Made by a program: the position numbers and the translations under genes. Of a DNA stretch of 64,000 nt, positions 1-12,386 are shown one piece after another (position 1 is the first letter of the stretch; the number at the start of each line of letters is the position of its first letter). The notes beneath the pieces are model-generated. The model saw nothing but the letters and a program-made list of their open reading frames with translations, ran no database searches and was not told where the DNA came from. The DNA comes from Marsupella aquatica (lineage: Eukaryota > Plantae > Marchantiophyta), in NCBI GenBank assembly GCA_973895155.1, contig OZ316898.1:3100480-3164479 (forward strand), in the 5' to 3' direction.

Positions 1-279
1 ATTCTAGCAAAAGCTGTAGTTGTCAGTCACGTGTGCACATCTGCTTTCAAGGAGAATATTTGTGTATCGTCATATTTGCCTTCATCGAAAGAAGCACTGC
101 AATTTTATGAGGATTCGCGTAACCGTCCGGACATTCCAGTACTTAATCTCTTTCCTGCGTTCTTTGCAGCCCCACCCACATCCAGCTTTTGCTGGAACAT
201 AATGTTTTGTGGGATCGGTAGTTGCTCCAATTTGTCTGTAAGGAATGAACATAACATATCTCCGGCTTTTGTGTGGCAG

Positions 280-540
280 GTTACCCCCAAGTTTTGTAAG
301 CTGTATGCCAAAGTAGGCGAGGTTGTACAAGCAGCTTTGAGTGAATACAGTGAGGAGGTCTCGACAGGAGTTTTCCCATCGCCAGCTCACACTCCTTATC
401 GACTGGAAAAGAATCAGCTCGAGCCTTTTATCAAGGAGTTAGAGAATAGAGGTTTCCATGATGCTGCAGAGGCAGCTCATGGAGCTGCTAAGGTTGACCA
501 GGAAGCTGATAGTTTGAAAACCAAGATCTCCACTGGCTAG
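280..540 (+). CDS. panB: 3' terminal exon of ketopantoate hydroxymethyltransferase; upstream exons lie outside the window
   Basis: Acceptor tggcag|G at 277-280. Translation VTPKFCKLYAKVGEVVQAALSEYSEEVSTGVFPSPAHTPY matches the plant KPHMT C-terminus (PKFxKxY...FP). Stop TAG at 538-540. Confidence 0.85.
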   Translation, partial: VTPKFCKLYAKVGEVVQAALSEYSEEVSTGVFPSPAHTPYRLEKNQLEPFIKELENRGFHDAAEAAHGAAKVDQEADSLKTKISTG

Positions 541-2357
541 GTTACGTGGCACCCAGCCTTTTGTTTGGAAGCTTTGCAAAGGTCTCTCTAGATCGTGGGG
601 GTTGAGCGTCTCATCACTTTTGTTTTTGTCAGTGCACTTTCGAGTGACGTATCGTCAGAAAGTGGAAGCTTTGGAAACAAAATCTCTTTCATTGAGGTTC
701 TCGGAACCTGTAGTCCTTTAGAAAGCGACCATTTACAGTTGAAGCGGAATAAAAGCTCAAAAATAAGTCAAGATTCAAAATTGACATTTTGAAAGATGTA
801 ATGCCTGAAGTTCGTCTCGTAGAGTTTTTTCCAAGATTCTGGAAACCTCATGCCGGCATTTTCTAGGCATGGGCAATCTAAAACGATCCCTATGATGCCA
901 GTGCCCATTTTCCCCTGCAATGTCTTCATTAGAAAACCTGAAGGATGTCGTTTCCCTTGTGAGGTTGCTGTGTGCGATCCTCATGGCCATTATCACCATT
1001 TGGGGTGGTTATGATACAGCCTTGCACGTCCTAGGTCTTTGAAAGTGGACCATGTAGAACTCTGCAATGCCAAGCAAAGAGGACGGACCAACAATTTCAC
1101 AACCCACCTTGGAAGGATAACGTGTCACAACTTATTATTAATGGAGCTAACAACTGATGGGGAAGGTCCTCTATCTTTCGAATCTTCAGTTTCACAATAG
1201 ATTCCAGCTATTTGCGTTTGCATACCCTGACACAGTAGCAACTCGGAAACTTATATATATGGAAGTACGAGTTGAGAGCGTTTTCAAGTAAGGGATTGGG
1301 ATCCATGGATTCAGCTCTAAGCTATTACGAGTAAACTGTCCAAGCATGAATAGCAGGAACCGTCTTGGCGCCGAAGTGATCAAATTTTGAAGTCCACTCA
1401 TCGGGTAGGGAAGAGGAAGAAATTCTGAAGGTCTCTTTAGGACCAGGATCGCCTCAAACAAATCACAGTTCACATCTTGATCCTAACTTGGCAGTGTGTC
1501 AAGATAGCCGGGCTGTAATAGTCCATCGGACTTGTTTGTCGAACGTTGTAATTCATTGGGCTTCTTTTTCCAGATGCGTGTCTTGAGGTCCCCCTTTTGA
1601 AAGAAAATTTTAAGACAAGCCCTGACTCGAATCGCAGTTTAGATTTGGAAGCTCGGCTCAACTGAGCTTGGCTCAGTACAGGTCAATCCCAAGTGACAGA
1701 ATTGTCAAAGTGCACGCAACAAATTCTTCGAGTGACACCGCAATTACCACCTCGGTTGACAGTTATTCCCGTAGTGCAGCAGCGTAGCGGAAACGAGGCG
1801 GACGAAGAAAAGGAAGAGAAGAAATGGCTGTGGGTGACGTGTAATGGTAAGGGCGGGTCGTCACAGTCATGTCCGAGAGGGGTGGAGTGGGCTCCTGAGG
1901 GTTGCAGTGCGCTAGATTTCGTTAGATCGGGTTACATTGGGCGCATTGACGGGAGTGTGGAGGGGAAAGGTTGCTATGAGTGAAGTGATGAAAGGGAGCA
2001 GCCGAATTCTGCCGGCGTTGAGACCGCCGGTGCAGACTCTGCCACAGCATCAGGTCTCGCGCCTCTCCTCTGCCTCTTCCCACTTCCAGCCCTGTCAGCA
2101 CTCCTCGCATACCATCAGGTCGATCCCAAGATTCTTACCTACATTTCATTTTTGTCCGTTTGGCAGATCGAAGCAACAGTCGAATTGAAGAATGAATCAC
2201 ATAAAGTACTTGTTGGTGAGATTTCACCACGTCAACGGAACACTGACAGGTTGAACGTGAACCAGAAGCATAACGTTACTGAGAATTTAGTGAGACGTGA
2301 CCTCAGAACCGAGGACTGCTCGGGAAAGCAATTTGGACGGGTGGCAGTCAACTCCAG

Positions 2358-3277
2358 CATGGAAGAAGGGCAGGGCTCAATTTGATTGCTCAAGGCAGAT
2401 TGCAATCTCGTGCCATTTGTGGCAGCAGAGATCGATCTAGACACTGCACAAGGGATCTTATTGGGCAGGCTGGGCACTTATAGGAAGCAAAGCCCTTAAT
2501 TAGTGACATGCCAATTGAACCAGATGGAGTAACTTGGACAGCCTTGCTTAGGGCTTGTTGAAGCTACGGTATTGTTGCGTGGGGCGAATTTTCCTCTACG
2601 GAGGTTTGAAAGTTTGGAACCCAGTGTGGCCTGTACATATGTGCTTCTCTCCAAACCTATGGTGAAGCTGGCAAGTGGGAGGATGTGTCTTTGATGCGCT
2701 CTATGATGGAAAAAAACGGTGTTCAGAAGGAGCCAGGGAGTAGCTGGATTGAAGTTTGAATTGAAGTTGATAAGAAAACCCATGAATTTGTTCTAGGGGA
2801 TACATCTCACCCAGAAGCGAAGGTGATACATACTGAGCTCCAATAATTGACTGAAATGTGAAAACTGAAGGCTACTTTCAGGATACCCGGCTTGTATTTA
2901 ATGATATCAATGCGGATAAAGAAGTAGCTCTTTGCTCTCATATTGAGAAGTTGGGTATTGCTGACGGACTAATTTACATACCTCGGGAAGAACCAATTCG
3001 TGTAAGGAAGAACCTGCGGGTGTGTCCAGATTGCCATACAGCAAGTTGATCTCTAAGGTGACAGGACGCTCATAGTGAGAAGTTGGCTATTGCTTACGGA
3101 CGAATTCACATACCTCGGGAAGAACCAATTCGTGTAAGGACGAACCTTCGCGTGTGTCCAGAGATTCCTAAAGCAGCCAAGTTGATCTCTAAGGTGACAG
3201 GACGCGAGATAATAGCAAGGGATGCAAATCTTCACCATTTTAACGATGGTGTGTGTCCTTCTCGTGATTACCGATGA
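2358..3277 (+). pseudogene. PLS-class PPR E/E+/DYW RNA-editing factor pseudogene (C-terminal remnant)
   Basis: Reads DLIGQAGHL*EAKPLISDMPIEPDGVTWTALLRAC, a PG box (GVQKEPGSSWIEV), HEFVLGDTSHPE, HSEKLAIAYG, IRVRKNLRVCPDCH and ends HHFNDGVCPSRDYR*. Carries several stops and frameshifts plus an internal 132-bp duplication. Confidence 0.9.
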
Positions 3278-4602
3278 CCAAAATCTGTGTTGTACTGCGT
3301 GGAAAGTGATTGTCAACAAATCTATCTTATGAATTCCTTTACACCATGTGGACCACTTCGAGTTTGGGACTCTTTCTTGCTAACTAATGATCCATTATAT
3401 GAACTTGTTCCTCCTATTTTGTCAAAGGTCAATGCTTGGATTGGTCCCATATGGTGAGACCCCCAAGTAATATATCCTTAATCTTTGCCGTTCAATTTGC
3501 TCTCTTCGTAAGTTATCCTTGAATGTTTGGATTGTACACAACCGAGGGACTCCTAAACTCGCCTTTACATTCCATTGGGATTTTTGTAAAATCAATTCCA
3601 AGCCAGCTGAGACTGTTACGTGCAGCACAGCTCGTCCGTTCGTTTCCTCTGCTTTGGCTGCAGCTTGAAGCTTGGAATTCAGGGTTCTGGTCTATAGGAC
3701 AATGTCCTGCTCAAAGAGCTTGAATTGCCGGATAACTAGGTATATGAATTGGAGAATGGGGTCCTGCTCATCCCTTCAACGTGCGGAGATCAAAAGCTTT
3801 TAAATTAGGGACATGGACTGGAGAACACGTACTGATATGATCTCAACCCTATTTGTCCAACATCGAAGGCAAGAATTGAAAATATGCTTGGATTGGTTAA
3901 CAGGCTTTCACGCCACCAAATAATGCCAAAATATTGGTCATATTTCCATTTTACCTTCGAGCACGGCCTGTGAGAATCTATCAGTCTCAATCCAGAAAGG
4001 TACATGTAAAAGTAGGAAAGATACCCATCCAGCTCCCGAAAACAAAACAAACACACAGCAAAGAGAAGCGAGGTCTGTTCCAGTTTCTGTGATTGAGGCA
4101 CGGGTTAGGCGTATTTCTCGATCTGAACAGTGCCTGTTTCGGTCCTATGACCTCTGAACCGGCCTGAAGGATTCACCTCCATCGTATACGACGGAACTGT
4201 GCGATGCAGGAATCACAAAGTTGTGGCATTCAAGAAGAATCAAGAATCAAAAAGAGCGTTCTCTAGTAAGCACTCGATGGCAACAGTTTACTGATGAATA
4301 AGAAATTCATACTGCTCTCGGCTGCAGTCGATCTAGGGCAAAGACGTCTCCTCTGACTTGGAAGATCCTCAACTCCACTGCTGCCTCATGCAATCTGTAC
4401 ATTGCTTCTTTCCGTTGAGAGTCAACGATAATTCGATCCACGACTGCTACTGCAACGTCTGCCTGTACATTCTAGGACAATCGATCTATCTACCTATCTA
4501 CGACAAGAGGATTAGAAATTTTAATGAATCGGTCCCTCGAGCCTGTTGAAGTTTATGCACGGTCTGAGTGACGCCAAGAATGAATCGGAATTCCAATCAC
4601 AA

Positions 4603-5400
4603 TCATGTGGAAGGCGCTTCGAGGGAATCGTTTGGTAGCTCTACTTGTTGCTGTTTAAGAGCAGAGGGTCGTCTCCTGACAACCTCGGCAGCCAAAGCTA
4701 TCCCCACATCAGTCTGGAACTTTCCCTTGGTGGTCCTAAAGAAATCCTCCAGATGCTTGCCCTGTTGATCTTCGTACTCCTGAGCCTGCAGAATCATCTC
4801 CACCTTATCAAAATCCTTCACCAGCTTGGCTTCTGGGGTTGCATTGTTCTCGTATTCCTGCCACAACCCCTTCATTTCCTGCGCTGCCTCTCCATTTCCC
4901 AGCATGGAGCAGATGTCATCCATAGCCTCCCTCTCCCTCCTGCTCTTCTCCTCTTTGGGAACCCCATCACTGGGAGTGATGTCACCCACAATTGCCTCAG
5001 CCAGGTCATGAACCACGGCCATCTTCACACATCGGTCCTTGTTCACGCCGGGCACTCCATCTGCCAACACCAGCGCCATGATTGCCATCCTGTACATGTG
5101 GTCTGCAATGCTCTCGGGCTCCTTCAATCCATGGTTGATCCATCCCGTTCTCTTTGTGGTCTTGAGCTTCTGGCAGAGGGTGAGAAATTTGATTGTGTTG
5201 GCAATGGATGGGGATGCAACGGAGGGGGCAGAGGTCGAATTGGTGGAGGAGACGGAGACGTATGTATCCCCCCGGTTGGGAGAAGCATTGTTGCCTCCTC
5301 CTATTGAATCCATGGAGGCTATCACCCTTGGGAACTGCTGGCGTAAGGGGGCAGCAGCGGGAGCAAGCGTGAGGAGGTGTCTGGTGGTAACGGCGCGCAT
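4603..5400 (-). CDS. HDDC2: HD domain-containing protein 2 (5'-deoxynucleotidase HDDC2/YfbR-like), intronless, 265 aa
   Basis: Motifs LKTTKRTGW, PESIADHMYRMA, MAVVHDLAEAIVGDITP and KDFDKVEMILQAQEYE. N-terminal Ala/Arg-rich extension resembles a transit peptide. Confidence 0.93.
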   Translation of the reverse strand: MRAVTTRHLLTLAPAAAPLRQQFPRVIASMDSIGGGNNASPNRGDTYVSVSSTNSTSAPSVASPSIANTIKFLTLCQKLKTTKRTGWINHGLKEPESIADHMYRMAIMALVLADGVPGVNKDRCVKMAVVHDLAEAIVGDITPSDGVPKEEKSRREREAMDDICSMLGNGEAAQEMKGLWQEYENNATPEAKLVKDFDKVEMILQAQEYEDQQGKHLEDFFRTTKGKFQTDVGIALAAEVVRRRPSALKQQQVELPNDSLEAPST

Positions 5401-5423
5401 GGCCGCAACAACACCTATTACTG

Positions 5424-5431
5424 TTTATATA
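5424..5431 (-). promoter_or_regulatory. TATA box candidate for HDDC2
   Basis: TATATAAA on the minus strand, 24-31 nt upstream of the first ATG at 5400. Confidence 0.4.
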
Positions 5432-6312
5432 TGTACCGTATAGCAGGAGGGGGTGCCCGTTTATTCGGGTGCTGCAGATGAATGGGTTTTCTTCCGCTTC
5501 TGCCTCTTCTCCTGCCTCTTCTCGTGCGTCCTCTTTCTCTATCGACCAATCAAATGGTTCACCTTCCTGTCAAGCCGGTGGGATTCTTTTCGTTCTCCTG
5601 TTCTCCTCCCTCCCCTTTCTTTCACTATCAAACGACTCGCCTGCCTTTCACACTAGTGAGGAGTGTTTTGGTTACGTAGCTGTCCTTCCGGCTCCCTGCT
5701 CTAGTATGCCGAGAACTAAAACAGGGCCAGCTCGGTTTTACACTGGTGAAGCTTCCGACGCACAAAATTATGCAGAGCTGCGCTTTCCTTCGTTCTTTCA
5801 CTAATTCATGAATTGCGGGAACGCAGCTCGTCCAAAGTATCCAACTTGGTTACACTCCCGTAACGGTCTGGGTGCACGGCTTTAGTAACGCCTGTCCTCT
5901 TTGCTTTCCCTTCTCCGCCTCTTTCGATTTCCAAGTTTCCCAAAGATGAGACCCAACAAGAAATTCGTACGGCAGCCTCTTCTGTCTTCAGTCCTTCCTT
6001 CTTTGCTCCAAGAGAAGAGGTGAACCCTTAAAATTAACCCAGTTTCGTTTCGTGGTGATGGCACACACAACAAGCCCACTCCGCTTCGACAAATGGGTCA
6101 CCCAATCGGCATCAACAAAACCTGAGATTCACGCGTCCAGCACCGAGTGTACTTTCTCACAGCCGTCCAGTTCCTCAGCCTTGTTTCTCAGCGAGAGAGA
6201 CGCAAAGACCTACCTAGAGTACGCTGTTACCAAGAAGAGTGATAGGACTCGACAACCACAGCAATTTATAGACTTGGCCTCACTGCTGCTCACAATCCGT
6301 TCGTTGATGTCC

Positions 6313-6314
<2 letters not shown>

Positions 6315-6365
<51 letters not shown>
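6315..6365. repeat. (CT)n microsatellite, about 25 units
   Basis: Perfect dinucleotide run. Confidence 0.99.
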
Positions 6366-6367
<2 letters not shown>

Positions 6368-7789
6368 TTGCTCGCTCGCTGATTCTATCCTTTCCTTCGA
6401 ATGCCACGCAATGTTGTGAAGGCCCAACCGCAGAGAGCAAAGAAGCTCGATCTCTGCTCCTTTTCGAGCCGGCGAACGACGATAGAGAGCGTGAGTCCGT
6501 ACGCTAAGCAATAGACGATGGTGCCCACAAGTAGCAATGGAATCAAAGGCTCACACTCATTTGAGAGAGGGCACTCCTTCCACTAAATCCTGGTGGCGAT
6601 GGAGGACATCAACAAAATACATTGCAAGCGAGAAATTTGTTAAGGACTGCTCCCCAAGGTCATTCTCAAAAACAGCAGTCTTCTCAGCTCCAAGCCGTAA
6701 ACAAAGTTTTGATCAAACTACGCGTTCAGTGAGGGAACAATGTGGCCACCGGCTACAGTAGCAGCATAAACTTGGGGCCAGAATCCTACTGCATGGAAAT
6801 GAAAGGCTAACAATTTGTGAAGCTGAGCAACGAAATTGTTGGGGCTTCTGTAAAAGGAAAAGTCAATGTCCTATTAGAGCGCAACGACCAAGTGCAAATG
6901 AATGGACCAAACGAAAGTACTGCATCAACCTACACCTCTTGGCTAGGCCAGCATTCTGTTTGATAACCCAGTAGTACTTAGCTGCTGGCTTGTACGGTTA
7001 ACGTCCTGTGATTGCTACAAGAGACGCTAAGCGAGTAGCAGCAGTTACATGCTCACAAATCGGTGGAGAGGACTGAGAATGGAAAGGAATTCTGGTCCAT
7101 TCCTTGGTGGAGGTAAAATACGTTCGGATCCCTATGAATTCCACGATACCTGCAGATACCCTCAGAAAATCTGGAAGTCATTCCGAAGATTCTGGAAGGG
7201 CCAAAGGGTCTGATGACGCGTGCACAATCTTTTTGACGGTTTTACCTTTCTCTATTTCTCTATGGTAACAGAGTTCAAGCTCAGGAAAAGTGGACAAGAA
7301 TGTTTTCCAAATAACAATAGGGAACCAAACACGAGAAGATAAAAGGGAACATAGACTATTGAGTATACCAGCGAGCTATTCCTTTACTTCATGTAGGCCC
7401 ACCACAGTACAATCATTGGGTATACAAGATTGCCAGAAGCAGCAGTGTACCAAAAATTTAGGGGAGCCGCAAACATTAATTTGTTCGCTTTTTGATAGTG
7501 TGTTGAGTTTCTGTCATCTCCTAGCCCTTCCCAACTCGTGCACACCTTGTTAATGCCTCTTCCCACACATCCCTCTTCCCACACATCCTCCCCGCCTCTC
7601 CATTCTCATTCATAGCATCCGATCCCGTCCCATTTCGTTTTAATCCCTACATACCTACAGCAAGCCCCCAACCTCCCCTAGGACATAGCGCCATTTTTGT
7701 TCAGCTCAACGCTGATCATATCTGTGCTTACCACGATCCACTGACTTCTTAACTGGACAACATCCCCTAAACCTCTAACAACCAATCCT

Positions 7790-7870
7790 CTGATCATAGG
7801 ACATTGAAGTATTGCATGACTTGTATTGGTGTGCAGATTTGAACAGAGTGGACATTGGGCTCCGTCCCTG
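7790..7870 (-). mobile_element. Possible decayed LINE zf-RVT (C-terminal zinc knuckle) fragment
   Basis: Minus strand reads CPLCSNLHTNTSHAILQCP, a CxxC...H-x4-C pattern like plant L1 C-termini. Flanking frames are stop-ridden. Confidence 0.25.
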
Positions 7871-10800
7871 CCTACTCTTCAACGACACGAAGATGATCTT
7901 TGTCATTCCAGGTATTTGTTTCCACCAGCAAAGCTTCTGGTCTTGCAACAACTACCTCCACATGTACCTTGCATCCTCATCCTGTAGCTTCTGTGACCCT
8001 GGAAATTCTCTTCCCTGTACTGAAGCTTCCGAGTGCAGGGATCCATTCCCCGGATCTCCTAGTTCAAATTGTAATCTTGGCACTTGTTGAGACAGCCATC
8101 GTTCTTGTCAAGTTCAACGCGTTACATGTATTCTTCCAAGTAATCTAAATCTATCTAAAATGTAGAAAAACACTCCTACTTCATTCGTTAAAATATCTCA
8201 GTACTTTACAAACTAAACTAGAAGAGAAAGGCCATAGTGGATGGCAAGACGCCTTACCCTGTATCAATGAATCAGATCTCAGGGAATTTCTTAACTGATC
8301 AACTACATGTGATGCAGAGGCGAGACAGGCCTTGCTTTATCAATTACACCGACAGCCCACACCGGAAAGCAACAGCCATCCTTCGGAAGAACGCCAGAGC
8401 TTGGGACATATCAAATACAATTTCGGACTTCATCAATTCCGGTGCCACTTGTAAGATGGTTCCTGGACAAACGACGTTGTACAATAGGGCATTGGCTCAG
8501 TTCCAGACCAACAAACTAGATTTGTAAGAACAGTTCCAAGTGTATTGTATCTCCTCGGCAGTGGACGACATGTTTACCTGCAAGAAGTATTCTCACTACT
8601 ATAACCTGATTGAAAATGTGCAGGAAAGTCCCGTGAGATAAAATAGCATAAGCAATGTAGAGTTAAGTCATCGCGAACTGACCACTTTGATTGTGAGAAA
8701 AATGATTTCTGACTTCCGATGATTCGAAAGTGTAAGCCGGGCAGTGTGTAGAGCAAGTCATACGGTAGCTTACTCCCACGCGGGTCAGCGTTCTCAAGAT
8801 GTTGCCGGAGTTCTAGGTCTGCACATCGTCACGACTCGAAAGCATTGGTGTTTTCAAACTCTTCCAAACTTTTAGGTTCCGATCACCTCCGAGGTTCTAG
8901 GAAGACATTCTTGGAGAAGGGACTGGTCAAATTGCAAATGTGTTTTTACCGAGAGCACGAGGCTCAACTATGTGAGACTTCAAAACTAGGATTTTCTTTG
9001 AGAGCAATCACGTGACTGGATCAAATTGGGCAAAGGATACAAAGAGCGAGTCCGCACTTCGTGCACGTTCAATGACGAGATCGTTTTGGCATTCAATGTA
9101 AGCCGCTTCCATAGCCCTTGAAATTTCGACATTTCATATAGACTGTCGTACGTCAAAATTAGTTCACGTGTTCGTTCGCGCGTGGGAAAAGCCACTGATC
9201 AAGTAATCATAGACCAACTGAAGTAATTTGCTGGCATAAGAGGGTCCATATCCATCTAGGTTGAGTTTGGTACATTGGTATGCAAAGGGACGTGGGCTTC
9301 ACAGCACTCCGACATTCTTGAAAACGGCGTGGTTAGACCGTCGTCACCAATCGATTGTGCTGAGATGGAAATTTCCCACTTGAATGCCAAACTGTAAGAA
9401 TGCAAAAAAAAGGACAGAATTCGAATCAGGCATTCAAGGAATCATTGAGGATAATGTCAAAGAACCTGTAGAAAATACTTCGATCCATCTTGACTGTTCG
9501 TCGAAGGCCTCAGCTGCTGTTTATTTGTCTGCCAAGAACAATGCCAGAGACAAGGAATTCAATTGAGACCCAGCAAGAAGTAGTTACATTAGGAGCTGAA
9601 ACTGCTTGAACTCATTTACAAGCGAACCGTTTTCTTTCCCCTCGCTTGGACTAGAAATTGATGTTTGTTGCTGTTATCGGGTGCACCGATTCATTCGAAG
9701 ATATTAGATCTGGCGGGACTTTCCTTTTTGATTTGGAACGGAAGATATTGGCTATAAGTTTGCCCATGCTATCTGTGCCTTCAGCCATTCACATAACTAT
9801 TCGAACGAGTAGAAATTCACGTAATCTCGAAATCATCCGTCAACTCACCGAGCGATGACGAGAGGACTGTGCCCAGATTGCAAAACCATCCCAATGGCTA
9901 TCTCCTTCCTCCACTCCCGTAGCTCGCTTGCAGACTTCCGAAGCCAAACCTTGTCCACGAAATCCGTTTCGGAAATTGTAAAATCAGTGACCTTCTCCTC
10001 TCGAAATCAGCTTCTTCTTCTTCTTTGGCCCGTCTAGACATGGTGTCCTCGACGAGCTCCATCGTGATACTCTCTCGACAGCAACTTCGTGCGTTTCTTT
10101 CGTTCTTCTCTCGACAAAGTCTCACTTTGCTTTGATAAAATGCTCTCGAGTTTCCGGTAGTGTATTCTGAGGACGCGGTCCTCCGAGAGGGGCGTCCCAG
10201 ACTACAGTCCTTGCCCATAAAGGACTCCGACCTCGTCCTTTGGATCCCGGTCGTCGTTAAAGCAGAGTCCGTAGCGATGTCCACGTGGCCGACGATGATT
10301 GGCCTCTCTTTCCTTCGTAAGATCGTTTCGGCCGTCGATTGAGATCTGGCAAACGGAAGGACCGACCCTCCCATGGAAGGCCGGCCAAGTCTTCATTGGG
10401 GGATGGTTCTCCATATGGAAGGGGCGTCGTTCCCAGAAAAGGTCGTCCCTAGAACTTTGAATTCGTCGGAAGCGCTAAAGGGACTCTAGTGCCACAAAGA
10501 GATTTTCCTACCCTCTATTCTGTGTTTCCTTGAAATTTGGCCTTTATTGAACTCTAATTTAAATCCTAAATTTATTTTTGTTCGGAGCCTTTATTGAATT
10601 CTAATTTTGTTCTTTGGCCCAAAGTCTGCACTGTTCACTGCATTTAGTCTTGGTCGGGTCTGGGTAACGCTATTTGTGTTCCCTAAAGTTTTTGGGGCTT
10701 ACTCTTGAATTATAGATACCAATCAGTAAAGTCTTATCCTCATGAATCCATGATTGACTGAGCTAAGCGTTGGGGTCTCTTTAACATCCAATTTGTCTTT

Positions 10801-12083
10801 GCTTTGTGGTTCAATACTATGTTTTAGTAAGAGAGATCCAAAGTGAGGTTTTTGGGGACAGGTTGCTTTTTTCAACCTTGGATTTTTGGCCAAGTTCTCA
10901 TTGGTGAGGAAACCTTCTTGAGAGTCTTTGCGAATCTCACTGAAATGACCAATTAATGAGATCAGGGCATAGATTCTGGAATATGAGGCATGTAGCTATG
11001 TCTTCCAAAATGCAAATGATCTTTGTTTTCCGTCCATTTCTTAGAAATTGTGTACATTGTGAAGTTGGGCAGTAAGTTATCTTGCAAAGCAATTGCTTTC
11101 GAACATGTGTGCCAGACATAGGACACCTGCACTGCAAAAGGACCTATAATAAAGCAACATTCGTTTTATGTAGGGTGTGCTAATGTAATTGAGTTATAAC
11201 GGATCAACTTTTTTCAATTCATTACTGCTACAAAATTTTATCAATTTTGTGTCAATTGTAGGGGGTTTGATCACCTCAACCCTACCCTGCCACAGATCCA
11301 CATTCTATAGTGTGCACTTAATGAATTTCAAATTGCGTGTTGTTGCCATGTTGATCTATTTTAGCTCTACAACAACTCTACTTGTAACAGGCACATTGCA
11401 CACAAAACAATGGCCAAAGAAAACACCTAATGAGAATCTGGAAAAGGAAACATCATTGTGTAGTATTACACTCCACATCTATCAAATGAACAACTAACAT
11501 GGAAATCAACTTATATAAGTTCTCAGGTGTCTTGGATGTTTCCTTATCACAATAGTATGATACTAGGAACCTTCACCATATGAGCATTCTTTCGCTTGAT
11601 CTCCAATGCAAGACTCAGATATTATCAGGTTTTAAACCTATGGATGTCAAAGGCAGTGGAACTATACTTAGATATGACTTGGAATTTGTTTAGGTTTCTA
11701 TGGTTGTTGAGATAAATTTGTGAAGGATAGAATGATGCCTTTGTCATGCAATTTAGGTGTCCTATTGATCTCACACAATCCTGCGTAGATCTATCTGGCA
11801 TGGGTTTGGTAGACCCAAAGGTCTATCATTCTGATAAGCCTGATAGATCTCACAAAAGTCAAGCAATTCTGTGATTTTTGAATCATAGTAAACATGGTGA
11901 GATTAAGGATCCTCACTTATGATCCTCTTTTCTCACATGTGTCATGCAGCGCAAAGATTAGAGTTCCCATTGAGAATGGCAATTAGATTGAAGTGAAGGG
12001 AGGAAAACTAACAATTGAGCAAGGCAGGAAAATTCAATTCCCAGGCTGACAGGTGATTGATTGCAACGGGAAAGCCATCAAAA

Positions 12084-12386
12084 ATGGCGTTCTCTGGGTT
12101 GAGATCCTTGGCAAGCATGAAGCTGAAGGATGTACCCACATTTATGAAGACAACTGTGACGAGAGACAATGTGTCAAAGAACACCTGGAGCTTCCTATAC
12201 AACTACAATGAGAGGTACATCCAGGCCGGCTCCATCAAGCCTCTCAATGATGTGCTCATTGGTGTGTTCTTTATCGGCTATGCTGTTGGCTGGCCCACAG
12301 AGATCCGCCATCTCAAGCATGCAGAGGAGGCTGCCAAGCTCAAGGCTGAGGGTGGTGCTGGCCATGGCGATGGTAGCCACCACTAG
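12084..12386 (+). CDS. Mitochondrial F1Fo ATP synthase subunit f (ATP17-like), 100 aa
   Basis: MKLKDVPTFMK...YNYNERYIQAGSIKPL...YAVGWPTEIRHLKH with a His-rich tail matches plant subunit f. An acceptor ctgacag at about 12047-12053 suggests a 5'UTR intron. Confidence 0.88.
   Translation: MAFSGLRSLASMKLKDVPTFMKTTVTRDNVSKNTWSFLYNYNERYIQAGSIKPLNDVLIGVFFIGYAVGWPTEIRHLKHAEEAAKLKAEGGAGHGDGSHH

Noticed and set aside
6052-6511. ORFs containing SLSLSL or ERERER
   Set aside because: Translation artefacts of the (CT)n microsatellite.
9250-10414. Minus-strand ORFs (158 aa, 70 aa) with some splice-like sites
   Set aside because: Could not assemble a consistent frame or recognise a family; may be a pseudogene but is unsupported.
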